Assembly: GCA_947625205.1 (NCBI GenBank)
Contig: CANQNN010000003.1
Coordinates: 110,674-174,673, forward strand
From: an uncultured Lachnospiraceae bacterium
GTDB lineage: Bacteria; Bacillota; Clostridia; Lachnospirales; Lachnospiraceae
DNA: 64,000 bases
Reading direction: 5' to 3'
A program made the translations under genes and the position numbers. The stretch's first letter is position 1. Every line of letters begins with the position of its first letter. Under the pieces are notes generated by a model. The model was not told the DNA's origin. It ran no database searches and saw nothing but the letters and a program-made list of their open reading frames with translations. Shown piece after piece: positions 43,251-52,291 of this stretch.

Positions 43251-44171
43251 TCACATTAAAATATCGCCCGTTTTTAACTCTCTGTCACACTCGTAACGGT
43301 CAATCAGCAGCGAACCGTCCACCGTCCGCACCACCGGCTTACCGTCAAACACATCTATGACCTCTCCCGGCGCATACGCCGAGAAATCTATGATCTCATC
43401 AAAGGGATGCGCCTCCCATATCGTTACCTTCGTCTCTCCAGCCATCGCATAGGCTCCCGGAAACGGCGCCGCCACACCGCGTATGAGGTTATATATATTT
43501 CTCGTCCTCTCGTGAAAATCAACCTTGCCGTCGGCCGCAGTACGCTTTTCATACCAGGAATCAAAATCTTTAGAATCGGTGCGGACGGAAATACTGCCCT
43601 GCTCATATGCGGCGATCAGCCTGCGGATCAAATTTTTGGAACAGATCATGTTTTTATACTGAGCCGTCCTGATATCGTCATGCGGCGTTATGGAAAACAT
43701 CTCCGTTGCAAATATATTGGGACTGTCCGCCTTCTCATCGTAACGGAACAGATTCAGATTAAAACGAGTATCTCCCAGAATAATAGACCAGTTGAGCGGT
43801 GATCGGCCCCTGCCGAAAGGCAGATAGCCGCAGTTGCCGTGAAATCCGTATATCCCATACTGAAACCGGTTCAGAACACTTGCCGGGATCAATCTCTGCC
43901 ATCCCATAGATATCCCGAGATCAAATTCATTTTCCTGTAAAAAACGCTGCGTCCTGTCATCCGTCAGAAAATAGCTGTCCGCCTCATGCACCTGGATCCC
44001 ATATTTCCGGGTCAGAACGGATAACCCCTTATATCCCGACACCTGGTTCTTTTTTGTCACCTCGGGGCTTATGGTGATAACCAAATCTACCGGACAGACA
44101 GAATTGTGTATGAATTCAACAATATTCTCGGAGGTGTCTTTTACACCGAATACAACTATCTTATATTTCAT
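43251..44171 (-). CDS. Formyltransferase-fold protein (Fmt/ArnA N-domain-like; putative sugar N-formyl/acyl transferase)
   Basis: 306 aa. MKYKIVVFG N-terminus. Core GIYGFHGNCGYLPFGRGRSPLNWSIILGD...YDEKADSPNIF aligns to the Fmt block G-x-I-N-x-H-x-S-L-L-P-x-x-R-G-x-x-P...D-x-G-x-D-T-G. The His and Asp are present; the Asn is not at the canonical position. Confidence 0.6.
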   Translation of the reverse strand: MKYKIVVFGVKDTSENIVEFIHNSVCPVDLVITISPEVTKKNQVSGYKGLSVLTRKYGIQVHEADSYFLTDDRTQRFLQENEFDLGISMGWQRLIPASVLNRFQYGIYGFHGNCGYLPFGRGRSPLNWSIILGDTRFNLNLFRYDEKADSPNIFATEMFSITPHDDIRTAQYKNMICSKNLIRRLIAAYEQGSISVRTDSKDFDSWYEKRTAADGKVDFHERTRNIYNLIRGVAAPFPGAYAMAGETKVTIWEAHPFDEIIDFSAYAPGEVIDVFDGKPVVRTVDGSLLIDRYECDRELKTGDILM

Positions 44172-44935
44172 GTGCGGCCCTTTCCTTTTATTCCGGTTGA
44201 TCTGACAAGAAGAAACTTAGCCTTTGCCAGTATATACTCCGCAACGCAGCCTCCTACGCGCCTTCTGGACGGTTGCATGGCAAGATACTCCGAATAGGAG
44301 ATCATATGATCCCCATACTCCCTGAAGATCCGTGCATACCGCTCTTTCTGCGCCTCCGTGACCGTGTTGGCATGAAGCACGATCGTTGTCGCTCCGTTTT
44401 TCCGCTTCAGACTGTGACTTAAAACAAACGAGATCGGATAGAACGTGAGCCCGTTTCTCCTATAGGGAGCCTTCCCGAATCCGTCTGTGACCTTTGTAAA
44501 TCCGGTTTCCTTTAAAGCCTTTAGCGTGTTCTTATCGTAAGAGTGGGCCGGAGCCATAAAAATATCGGTATCAATGCCGTGTTCTTTAAGCTTTTTCCTG
44601 CCGAGCATGAGCATTTCTTTCTGCTTATCATAAGGGAGCCCGGCGAATTCAGAGTAATTATTCAGGGGGAAAAGTCCTCCGCATCTTGTCGTATACAAAT
44701 GCCTGAACCCGTGCATTGCAATGCTGTATCCCTCGTCCGCCAGCGCTCTTATCACGTCATAGAAATCCTCCCGCGCCCCGCCACATGTCAGTTTAGGGTC
44801 ACGGTTGTCGGGCACGACTCCCAGAAGCGGCGTGATGCCTGTCTCCCGAAACAGCTCCTGAAAAAAATAAAAATTATCCCAGTTCATGTCCGGCGTGATA
44901 TCATCCATGCGGACCGCAATCTTCTTATCTGTCAT
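44168..44935 (-). CDS. DUF2334-type polysaccharide deacetylase-like protein
   Basis: KIAVRMDDITPDMNWDNFYFFQELFRETGITPLLGVVPDNRD and SIAMHGFRHL fit the DUF2334 pattern. ATGA overlaps with both neighbours. Confidence 0.55.
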   Translation of the reverse strand: MTDKKIAVRMDDITPDMNWDNFYFFQELFRETGITPLLGVVPDNRDPKLTCGGAREDFYDVIRALADEGYSIAMHGFRHLYTTRCGGLFPLNNYSEFAGLPYDKQKEMLMLGRKKLKEHGIDTDIFMAPAHSYDKNTLKALKETGFTKVTDGFGKAPYRRNGLTFYPISFVLSHSLKRKNGATTIVLHANTVTEAQKERYARIFREYGDHMISYSEYLAMQPSRRRVGGCVAEYILAKAKFLLVRSTGIKGKGRT

Positions 44936-45909
44936 TTTAAATATTCCTTATACCAGTCGATCGCCAGTGCAATGCCCTTCTCAAAATCATACTCAGGATC
45001 GTATCCCAACAGCTCTCTTGCCTTGCTGATGTCAGCGTTAGAATCCCGCACGTCGCCTTTGCGCGGCGGTCCGTAATTCGGCCTGACATCTTTGTGAAGC
45101 GCCTTACACAGATGATCATAGATATCGATCAGGTACAGCCTTCCTCCGGCTCCGATATTAAACGCCTGCCCCGCCGCCTCGCCCGAAGCCTTGCAAGCGC
45201 GCAGATTAGCCTCGATCACATTGTCGATATACGTAAAGTCCCTTGACTGCCTGCCATCTCCGTTAATGGTAGGCACCTCACCGTGCAGAAGCTGCTTAAT
45301 AAATTTCGGAATGACCGCGGCATACATCCCCTCCGGGTCCTGCCTGCGTCCGAACACATTGAAATAGCGAAGGCCGTAAGTATCGAGGCCGTACAGCTCC
45401 TTGTACAGTCTTCCGTACTCCTCGTCCACCTTCTTGGTCAGCGCATAGGGAGACAGCACATTGCCCTCCTGTCCTTCTTTCTTGGGCAGCTCCGTGGAAT
45501 CGCCGTAAACCGATGAACTGGAGGCATAGACAAATTTCTTAACACCGTTCTGCCTTGCGGACTCCATCATGTTAAGAGTACCTCTGATATTGATCTCCTC
45601 ATACAGAAGCGGCATCTCAATGCTGCGCGGCACACTGCCCCACGCCGCCTGATTCAGCACATAATCCGCACCCTGTACCGCTTTCGTACAGGTATCCATA
45701 TCCCTGATATCGCCCTCAATGAAGGTAAAGCTTTCATTGGCGGTAAGCGGCTCTATATTCTCATACTTGCCGGTGGAAAGGTTGTCCAGACAGCGCACGG
45801 TATAGCCCATACCGATGAGCGCCTCACAAATATTGGAGCCGATAAAGCCCGCGCCGCCGGTAACCAGAAAAACACTGTCCCTGTCAAATGTAATATCGCG
45901 ATAACCCAC
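44932..45909 (-). CDS. SDR-family nucleotide-sugar 4-epimerase (WbpP/TviC-like, UDP-HexNAc or UDP-HexNAcA)
   Basis: VTGGAGFIGSN Rossmann motif, catalytic SPYALTKKV (YxxxK), ASSSSVYGD, RYFNVFGRRQDP. Apparent GTG start with AAGGAG nine bases upstream. Adjacent to a TviB/WbpO-like dehydrogenase. Confidence 0.75.
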   Translation of the reverse strand: MGYRDITFDRDSVFLVTGGAGFIGSNICEALIGMGYTVRCLDNLSTGKYENIEPLTANESFTFIEGDIRDMDTCTKAVQGADYVLNQAAWGSVPRSIEMPLLYEEINIRGTLNMMESARQNGVKKFVYASSSSVYGDSTELPKKEGQEGNVLSPYALTKKVDEEYGRLYKELYGLDTYGLRYFNVFGRRQDPEGMYAAVIPKFIKQLLHGEVPTINGDGRQSRDFTYIDNVIEANLRACKASGEAAGQAFNIGAGGRLYLIDIYDHLCKALHKDVRPNYGPPRKGDVRDSNADISKARELLGYDPEYDFEKGIALAIDWYKEYLK

Positions 45910-45940
45910 TGTTTCTGTCTCCTTTTGTTCGATAGTCTGA

Positions 45941-47257
45941 TTATAATCTCCAATAGAGATAGTCTTGCGTCATATATTCCTCTTTACTGAGCAGTCCCTT
46001 GATGTCGATCAGGACCTTCTTCTCATTTCCGGGCTTATAGAAGCCGTTTATATCGCTCTTTCCAAGCTTTTTAAACTCCTCGTGCGCCACGGCGACCACC
46101 ACAGCGTCCATATCCCTGACGTCCTCCATACTGCCGAAGGTAATGCCGTACAGACGTTTTGCCTCCGCCGCGTCCGCCGCAGGATCCACCACCAGCGGAC
46201 GGATACCGTACTCGCCAAGCTCGTTGTAGATATCGATCACTTTGGTATTTCTGGTGTCCGGACAGTTCTCCTTAAAGGTAAATCCCAGTATCGCAACCTT
46301 AGCGGTCTTGACGGGAATATTCACCCTGATCAGGTTCTTTACGAGGCTTTCCGCCACATATTTACCCATCTCATCATTGATCCGTCTTCCGGATAAAATA
46401 ATACGCGAGTGATACCCCAGCTCCTCCGATTTATAAGTCAGATAATACGGGTCCACGCCGATACAGTGTCCACCCACCAGACCCGGCCTGAACGGAAGGA
46501 AATTCCACTTGGTGCCCGCCGCCTCAAGAACCTCCAGCGTATCGATGCCCATCTTGTGAAAGATGATGGAAAGCTCGTTCATAAACGCTATGTTGATATC
46601 TCTCTGGCTGTTCTCGATCACTTTGGCCGCCTCGGCTACTTTAATGGACTGCGCACGGTACACGCCGGCATCTACAACAAGCTCGTACACCTTTGCAACC
46701 GTGTCAAGCGTCTCCTCGTCCATGCCGGATACGATCTTGGTGATCGTCTCCAGTCTGTGTACTTTATCCCCCGGATTGATACGTTCCGGTGAATAACCGA
46801 TCTTAAAATCCACACCGCATTTTAGCCCCGACTCCTTCTCCAGAATCGGTACGCAGATATCCTCAGTCACACCCGGATATACGGTCGATTCAAAGACTAC
46901 CACGGAACCTCTGGTCAGATTCTGCCCCAGAATACGGCTGGCGCCCTCCACGGGAGTCAGATCCGGCGTATGATCCGGATTCACCGGCGTGGGAACCGCC
47001 ACAATATGGAATCTGGCTTCCCGTAACCTTGCCGGGTCTGCGGTGAAGTCCACCGTTGTTTTTCTGATCACTTCATCGCCCACTTCCCTGGTGGGATCGA
47101 CGCCGTTCTGATACAGCCTGATCTTTTCCGCATTCAGGTCAAATCCTATCACCTTGATCTTTCTTGCGAAAGCGACCGCGATCGGCATACCTACGTAGCC
47201 CAGGCCGACCAATGATAATTTTTCCTCACCGCTTACTATCTTTTCATACAAATCCAA
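45941..47257 (-). CDS. Nucleotide-sugar 6-dehydrogenase (WbpO/TviB/CapL-like UDP-HexNAc dehydrogenase)
   Basis: LVGLGYVGMPIAVAFA NAD-binding motif and catalytic Cys block GGHCIGVDPYYL. 438 aa. Apparent TTG start; there is no in-frame ATG before the GxGxxG motif. Confidence 0.8.
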   Translation of the reverse strand: MDLYEKIVSGEEKLSLVGLGYVGMPIAVAFARKIKVIGFDLNAEKIRLYQNGVDPTREVGDEVIRKTTVDFTADPARLREARFHIVAVPTPVNPDHTPDLTPVEGASRILGQNLTRGSVVVFESTVYPGVTEDICVPILEKESGLKCGVDFKIGYSPERINPGDKVHRLETITKIVSGMDEETLDTVAKVYELVVDAGVYRAQSIKVAEAAKVIENSQRDINIAFMNELSIIFHKMGIDTLEVLEAAGTKWNFLPFRPGLVGGHCIGVDPYYLTYKSEELGYHSRIILSGRRINDEMGKYVAESLVKNLIRVNIPVKTAKVAILGFTFKENCPDTRNTKVIDIYNELGEYGIRPLVVDPAADAAEAKRLYGITFGSMEDVRDMDAVVVAVAHEEFKKLGKSDINGFYKPGNEKKVLIDIKGLLSKEEYMTQDYLYWRL

Positions 47258-47279
47258 TTTCGTATACCCGTCCTTTCTC

Positions 47280-48377
47280 CTAGTGTGTATTTATATTCCG
47301 GTGCACTTCGTCCATGTAAGCCGCCGTGATATGCGTCCTGTCAAACTCGCGCTCCATCTTTTCCCGCGCCGCGCGCCCCATATTGCTCCTCTCCTCATAA
47401 GGCAGAGCAAGGAAACGCTGCAATGCCGCGATCAGCGCATTGGCGTCTTTGGGTGCAAAGCCAAAGCCTGTCTTCCCGTCCTCGAAGGTCTCCCTGCAGC
47501 CGCTGATATCAGATGCGATGACCGGTCTTCCGGTGGCTGCGGCTTCCATCAGAGAATTACACATTCCCTCATGATAAGAAGGTATCACGATCGCGCTCGC
47601 CGTCTTCAGATAAGGGTGTACATCCGTGTGAAAACCAAGCTGCCGGATCACGCCTTCCTGTTCCAAGGAATCCAGCATATCCTGATAGTCCTCGTCACAC
47701 GCTCCCAGGATATCAAAGAACACCCGGTCGCTGTGAAGCGCTCTGGCGGCGGCGATGTATTCCAGGATTCCCTTGTCCCTCATCACGCGCCCGACATACA
47801 GAAAATGCGTCTCATCTCCTTCGGGATACGGCTCAAAGCAATGTCTTGTCAGATTAACGCCGGAACCCATGACAAGTCTGTCCCTGTGTCCCTTTATATG
47901 ATATCTGTCAAATATCTGCCTGTTTTCCGCATTCTGGAAAAAAACGCAGTCCGCCTTTCTGATGCCCGCACGATACATACATACGATCAGTCTTAAAAAG
48001 ATCCCCGTCTTTTCAAATGCGGTCCCAAGCCCGGTGACTGTGGAAAGACAGGGTATGTGCATTCTTCCAGCGCAAAAGCCGCCGTATATGTTCGGCTTGA
48101 TCGTGTAGGTAACGACCAGATCCGGTTTTAGCTTTTTCATCAGGCTCCGATAGCTGAGATACAGTCTGGCGTCCTCTAACGGATTCACGCCTCTCCTGTT
48201 TACATCCGTATGTATGACATGCGCTCCCTCGGCACAGATCTCCTTTTTTCTGACCTCGTCCGGCACACTGATATAAACCTCATTTTCCTTTAAGAGAGCT
48301 TCCACAAACTCGTTTCTGAAATCATATAACCCGCCCAGGGAATTGGCGAGTATCAACACCCTTTTTTTCCCAACCAT
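47280..48377 (-). CDS. GT4 family glycosyltransferase (PglA-like subgroup)
   Basis: RVLILANSLGGLYDFRNEFVEALLKENEVYISVPDE and VIPSYHEGMCNSLMEAAATGRPVIASDISGCRETFEDGKTGF. The N-terminal layout resembles C. jejuni PglA as I recall it. Lies near the PglC-like gene. Confidence 0.75.
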   Translation of the reverse strand: MVGKKRVLILANSLGGLYDFRNEFVEALLKENEVYISVPDEVRKKEICAEGAHVIHTDVNRRGVNPLEDARLYLSYRSLMKKLKPDLVVTYTIKPNIYGGFCAGRMHIPCLSTVTGLGTAFEKTGIFLRLIVCMYRAGIRKADCVFFQNAENRQIFDRYHIKGHRDRLVMGSGVNLTRHCFEPYPEGDETHFLYVGRVMRDKGILEYIAAARALHSDRVFFDILGACDEDYQDMLDSLEQEGVIRQLGFHTDVHPYLKTASAIVIPSYHEGMCNSLMEAAATGRPVIASDISGCRETFEDGKTGFGFAPKDANALIAALQRFLALPYEERSNMGRAAREKMEREFDRTHITAAYMDEVHRNINTH

Positions 48378-48435
48378 ATCCTGACCACCGTACCGCTGCG
48401 CCTTAGAAACATACAGGAATATCCATACAAAAATA

Positions 48436-49419
48436 TCAGGGAACGATCTGTCTGCCGTTCATATCCTGTATTCCAATCTCATTATACTTCATCATACAGA
48501 TGTTTTCCATATAGCTGCCGATATTTACGGGATTCTCTCTCCCCTCCAGATTGACGATCACCTGCCCCGGCATGTTCACGCCGCACGCATATGCGTGCGG
48601 ATAACCGCCGCCGAAACGCGGGTTGACCTCCGAGATATAATATACCCCGTCGTTCAGAAAAATATCAACATCTATCATACCGGCAAATCCGCAGGTTTCC
48701 ACAAAATCCCGCAGCAAGTCAAACAGCCGGGGATCCCTGACCGATACCGACTTATCCGTTTCCCCGGCCCGCATCTTGATCTTCTTCTTCACAAAGATGG
48801 ATGTGCATTTTCCCGACTTCATATCCACATACACGTCCGCGCCGTATTCCTGTCCGTGCATATACTCCTGGATCATCAGATCGTCGTACAGCCTAAACAG
48901 CAGCTCGATCTCCTCGTCGCTGTTCGCCTGGTTGATATTGATGCTGGCGCTTCCTTTTACCGGTTTGACAAACACGGGATAAGATATGTCTCCCCTCTCC
49001 AGGGCTTCATAAAATTTCCTCTTGTCCACATAGCACTTTCCGGTCGGGATACCCATTTTCTCCAGCAGACAGAACATGCGATATTTATCGAAGCAGGTCT
49101 CTACCAGATCGTATGGAGAAATAACAGGCGTTGTGCCGATTTCCAGAAAGCGTTCCCGCTCTCTCGCCAGAAGACTCAGCTCCGGATCGATCAGTGAAAA
49201 CACTCCGTCTATATGCTCTTTCCTGCAGATATCCAGTATACAGTCCAGATAACCGGGCTCCGTGATCCTCGGCACGAGATAAAAACGATCCGCCTCATAG
49301 ACGGCAGGCGCCAGATTGGAACAGTCCGTAGCAACGACTCTGCCGTTATCTCCGATCTCTTTTTTAAAATACTGCACTATCTTATTGCGCGTTCCCGCGC
49401 TGAGTATCAAAATATTCAT
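48436..49419 (-). CDS. ATP-grasp domain ligase
   Basis: Start at ATG 49419 (MNILILSAGTRNKIVQYFK). FVKPVKGSASI, MIQEYMHGQEYGADVY and YISEVNPRFGGGYP are typical ATP-grasp (carbamoyl-phosphate-synthase-like) blocks. Confidence 0.7.
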   Translation of the reverse strand: MNILILSAGTRNKIVQYFKKEIGDNGRVVATDCSNLAPAVYEADRFYLVPRITEPGYLDCILDICRKEHIDGVFSLIDPELSLLARERERFLEIGTTPVISPYDLVETCFDKYRMFCLLEKMGIPTGKCYVDKRKFYEALERGDISYPVFVKPVKGSASININQANSDEEIELLFRLYDDLMIQEYMHGQEYGADVYVDMKSGKCTSIFVKKKIKMRAGETDKSVSVRDPRLFDLLRDFVETCGFAGMIDVDIFLNDGVYYISEVNPRFGGGYPHAYACGVNMPGQVIVNLEGRENPVNIGSYMENICMMKYNEIGIQDMNGRQIVP

Positions 49420-49467
49420 CGCAATATTACCTTTCTTCCGGCAGACGCGCATATGACAAAACAGCCG

Positions 49468-50421
49468 TTACCGCCCGGTCAGCCTGTCAAAGTAGAGCGG
49501 CGCGCCGCCCGTGTGGATGAAAAGAACGTCTTTGTCCGCGATCTCATGGCTCCGCAGGTACTCCGTCATCCCGTAAAAGGCTTTGCCAACATAAGTAGTA
49601 TCCATAGGAATACCCTCCAGCGCCATCACCCGGTCGATAAGCCGCTCTACTTCTTCCGTATAGCTGCCGTACCCTTCCAGACGGTATCCGTCCTCAAAGA
49701 TCAGCCTGTCATCCGTATATAGTTTGTCAAAGTCATCCGCCAGATATTCCCGTATACTGTCCTTTACCACATTTCTGCCCCGAGCGGCATCCCTGGCAAT
49801 GCTGATCCCGACGATCTTTCTCTTTCCATCTCCCGAAAGAAGCTGTCCGCAGACAAGACCGGCCTGCGTCGCTCCTGTGCCGGAGGCGTGAAAAATATAA
49901 TCAAAATGCAGACCGGCGCGTTTCTCCTGGCACTCGATCTCACGATAGGCCTTCACATAACTGTCCGTCCCGTGATAACCGTGACCGCCCCCGGCAATAA
50001 AATAGGGGACCTTTCCTTCGGTGCGGTAAGCAGCTTCTCTGCGCCTGATCGTCTCCGCCACCTCCGTGACGGGGCACGTCTCTATGACTGCGCCGAAGCT
50101 TTCTACCAGTCTGGTATTATACAGTCTCTCCCTGTGCTCCGCAGGTGAGATCACATGGCATGCCAGCCCCATAGCCGCCGCCATGTTTGCGATAATGCGG
50201 CAATGGTTGGAGCTGTTGCTCCCATAAGTCATGATGACGTCCGTATCCGTTTTCCGTATATCCCTGTAAAACTCTGCGGCTTTTCTAACCTTATTTCCGC
50301 CAAAGCAAAAGGGGATACAGTCGTCTCTTTTCACAAAAAACCTATTGTGCCCGTACTCGCCCGACAACATCTGGATCGGCGTCTCGTCCAGTTCTCTCTC
50401 AAAGAGTTCTATCTTTCTCAC
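49468..50421 (-). CDS. PLP-dependent enzyme, ACC deaminase/D-cysteine desulfhydrase family (Trp-synthase beta fold)
   Basis: TPIQML...FFVKRDDCIPFCFGGNKVRKAAEF parallels TPIQ...[21 protein letters not shown], which holds the PLP lysine in ACC deaminase. GGGHGYHG and HASGTGATQAGL glycine-rich loops. Apparent GTG start. Confidence 0.65.
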   Translation of the reverse strand: MRKIELFERELDETPIQMLSGEYGHNRFFVKRDDCIPFCFGGNKVRKAAEFYRDIRKTDTDVIMTYGSNSSNHCRIIANMAAAMGLACHVISPAEHRERLYNTRLVESFGAVIETCPVTEVAETIRRREAAYRTEGKVPYFIAGGGHGYHGTDSYVKAYREIECQEKRAGLHFDYIFHASGTGATQAGLVCGQLLSGDGKRKIVGISIARDAARGRNVVKDSIREYLADDFDKLYTDDRLIFEDGYRLEGYGSYTEEVERLIDRVMALEGIPMDTTYVGKAFYGMTEYLRSHEIADKDVLFIHTGGAPLYFDRLTGR

Positions 50422-50423
50422 AC

Positions 50424-51041
50424 TCAGTGTGCCCCCTTGCGATATTTATCAAAATCCTCCACGACCTGATCCGCCCCCGACAGGGTGCCGGAATGCCGCA
50501 ATACTCTGCCAACCGTCATGCCGATTATCTTCAGATCCATGCCAAAAGACAGGCGGTTCACATACTCTAAATCATAGGCAAACCGCTCCTCCCAGCCAAG
50601 CGCATTGCGCCCGTTCACCTGCGCAAGTCCCGTGAGTCCCGGCCGCACATCATGCCTGTGTCTTTCCTCCTCAGTATACCACGGAAGGTATCTGACCAAA
50701 AGCGGACGCGGACCGATCAGGCTCATATCGCCTCTCAGTATATTGACCAGCTCCGGCAGCTCGTCCAAACTGGTGCTTCTCAGCTTCTTCCCGAACGGGG
50801 TAAGCCTCACTTCGTCGGGAAGCAGTTCTCCCTTTTCATTACGGGCGTCATTCATGGAGCGGAATTTGTACAAATGAAAGATCTTTTCATCTTTTCCGGG
50901 CCTTTCCTGCTTAAAAATAACAGGTGATCCCAATTTGATCCTTACCAGAACAGCCAGGATCAAATACACGGGAGAAAGCACGATGATGCCGCACAAAGAT
51001 ATAACGATATCCAGTATCCTCTTGACATACTTCCGATACAT
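50424..51041 (-). CDS. Small monotopic phosphoglycosyl transferase (PglC/WcfS-like initiating enzyme)
   Basis: Start at ATG 51041 (MYRKYVKRILDIVISLCGIIVLSP), preceded by AAGGAG. SPVIFKQERPGKDEKIFHLYKFRSM, DELPELVNILRGDMSLIGPRP, PGLTGLAQVNGRN. About 205 aa with a single N-terminal helix, the PglC architecture. Confidence 0.85.
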   Translation of the reverse strand: MYRKYVKRILDIVISLCGIIVLSPVYLILAVLVRIKLGSPVIFKQERPGKDEKIFHLYKFRSMNDARNEKGELLPDEVRLTPFGKKLRSTSLDELPELVNILRGDMSLIGPRPLLVRYLPWYTEEERHRHDVRPGLTGLAQVNGRNALGWEERFAYDLEYVNRLSFGMDLKIIGMTVGRVLRHSGTLSGADQVVEDFDKYRKGAH

Positions 51042-51104
51042 TTCTTTCTCCTTACCGCGGATTCTCCATCCGCTGTTACCGATCACGCTATGCCGCGCCG
51101 CAGA

Positions 51105-52238
51105 CTACCTTCCGAAACACTTCCGTACCATACCGATGATCAGTTCCATATCTTCCGGCGTGTTCTTGATATCGCTCGGCAGGCACAATCCCCTGTCAAA
51201 AATGTCTGCGCCCACGCTGCTGCCGTCATCATTGTGCGGAATAAAATCATAAGGTTCAAAAACCGGCTGTAAGTGCATCGGCTTCCAAATCGGTCTGGTT
51301 TCAATATTTTCCTGTGCCAAGGCATCCATGACCTGATCCGGCGTCACATCGCTATCTCCGTCGATCGTCATGCAGGACAGCCAGCAGTTGGCGTCCCCAT
51401 CCGGATTGAGAGGATTCATTGTGATCTCCTCTATATCCGCAAACGCGTTGCTGTACTGCGCATAGATCGCTTTCTTTAGCATTTTATGCTCTTCCAGATG
51501 CATAAGCTGGCCCCGTCCGATGCCCGCCGTAACATTGCTCATACGGTAATTATATCCGATCTGTGAGTGCTGGTAATGTCTTGCCGGATCGCGTGCCTGC
51601 GTCGCCAGAAAAGTAGCCTTTTTTACTGCCTCCTCGTCTTTCGACACAAGCATGCCGCCGCCGGAAGTGGTGATGATCTTGTTGCCGTTAAAAGAATATA
51701 TGCCGTATATGCCGTAAGTACCGGTATATTTTCCTCTGTAGGTGCTCCCCAGAGACTCTGCGGCATCCTCTATGAGCGGCACGTTATGCTGTGCGCAGAT
51801 CTCCATGATCTCATCCAGCTTCGCCGGCGTTCCATATAAATGCACACAGATCACCGCTTTGGGATGAGGATATTTTTCAAATGCCTTCCTGAGTGCCGCA
51901 GGGGACATATTCCACGTGTCAGGCTCCGCATCGATAAACACCGGCACAGCGTTTTCGTATACAATAGGATTACAAGACGCTGAAAATGTCAGATCCGATA
52001 CAAATACAACGTCTCCGTGACCGATACCCAACAGTTTGAGCGACAGATGAATGGCCGCAGTACCCGAATCAAGAGCCGCCGCATGACCGCAATCCGTATA
52101 TGCCTCCATCTCTCTCTCAAAAGCATTGACATTGGGACCCAGGGGGGCTATCCAGTTTGTGTCAAAGGCCTCCTGCACATATTTCTGTTCATCGCCGTGC
52201 ATGGTGGGACTCGACAGATATATTCTCTTCCGTTCCAT
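51105..52238 (-). CDS. DegT/DnrJ/EryC1/StrS family aminotransferase (PglE-like)
   Basis: IYLSSPTMHGDEQKYVQEAFDTNWIAPLGPNVNAFE and YSFNGNKIITTSGGGMLV (PLP lysine block). AAGGAGG SD. Sits between the PglF-like and PglC-like genes. Confidence 0.85.
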   Translation of the reverse strand: MERKRIYLSSPTMHGDEQKYVQEAFDTNWIAPLGPNVNAFEREMEAYTDCGHAAALDSGTAAIHLSLKLLGIGHGDVVFVSDLTFSASCNPIVYENAVPVFIDAEPDTWNMSPAALRKAFEKYPHPKAVICVHLYGTPAKLDEIMEICAQHNVPLIEDAAESLGSTYRGKYTGTYGIYGIYSFNGNKIITTSGGGMLVSKDEEAVKKATFLATQARDPARHYQHSQIGYNYRMSNVTAGIGRGQLMHLEEHKMLKKAIYAQYSNAFADIEEITMNPLNPDGDANCWLSCMTIDGDSDVTPDQVMDALAQENIETRPIWKPMHLQPVFEPYDFIPHNDDGSSVGADIFDRGLCLPSDIKNTPEDMELIIGMVRKCFGR

Positions 52239-52291
52239 AATTGCTCCTCCTTGTTGATACCGCTGCGCCGGATTTCACGGCATTACGCCTC

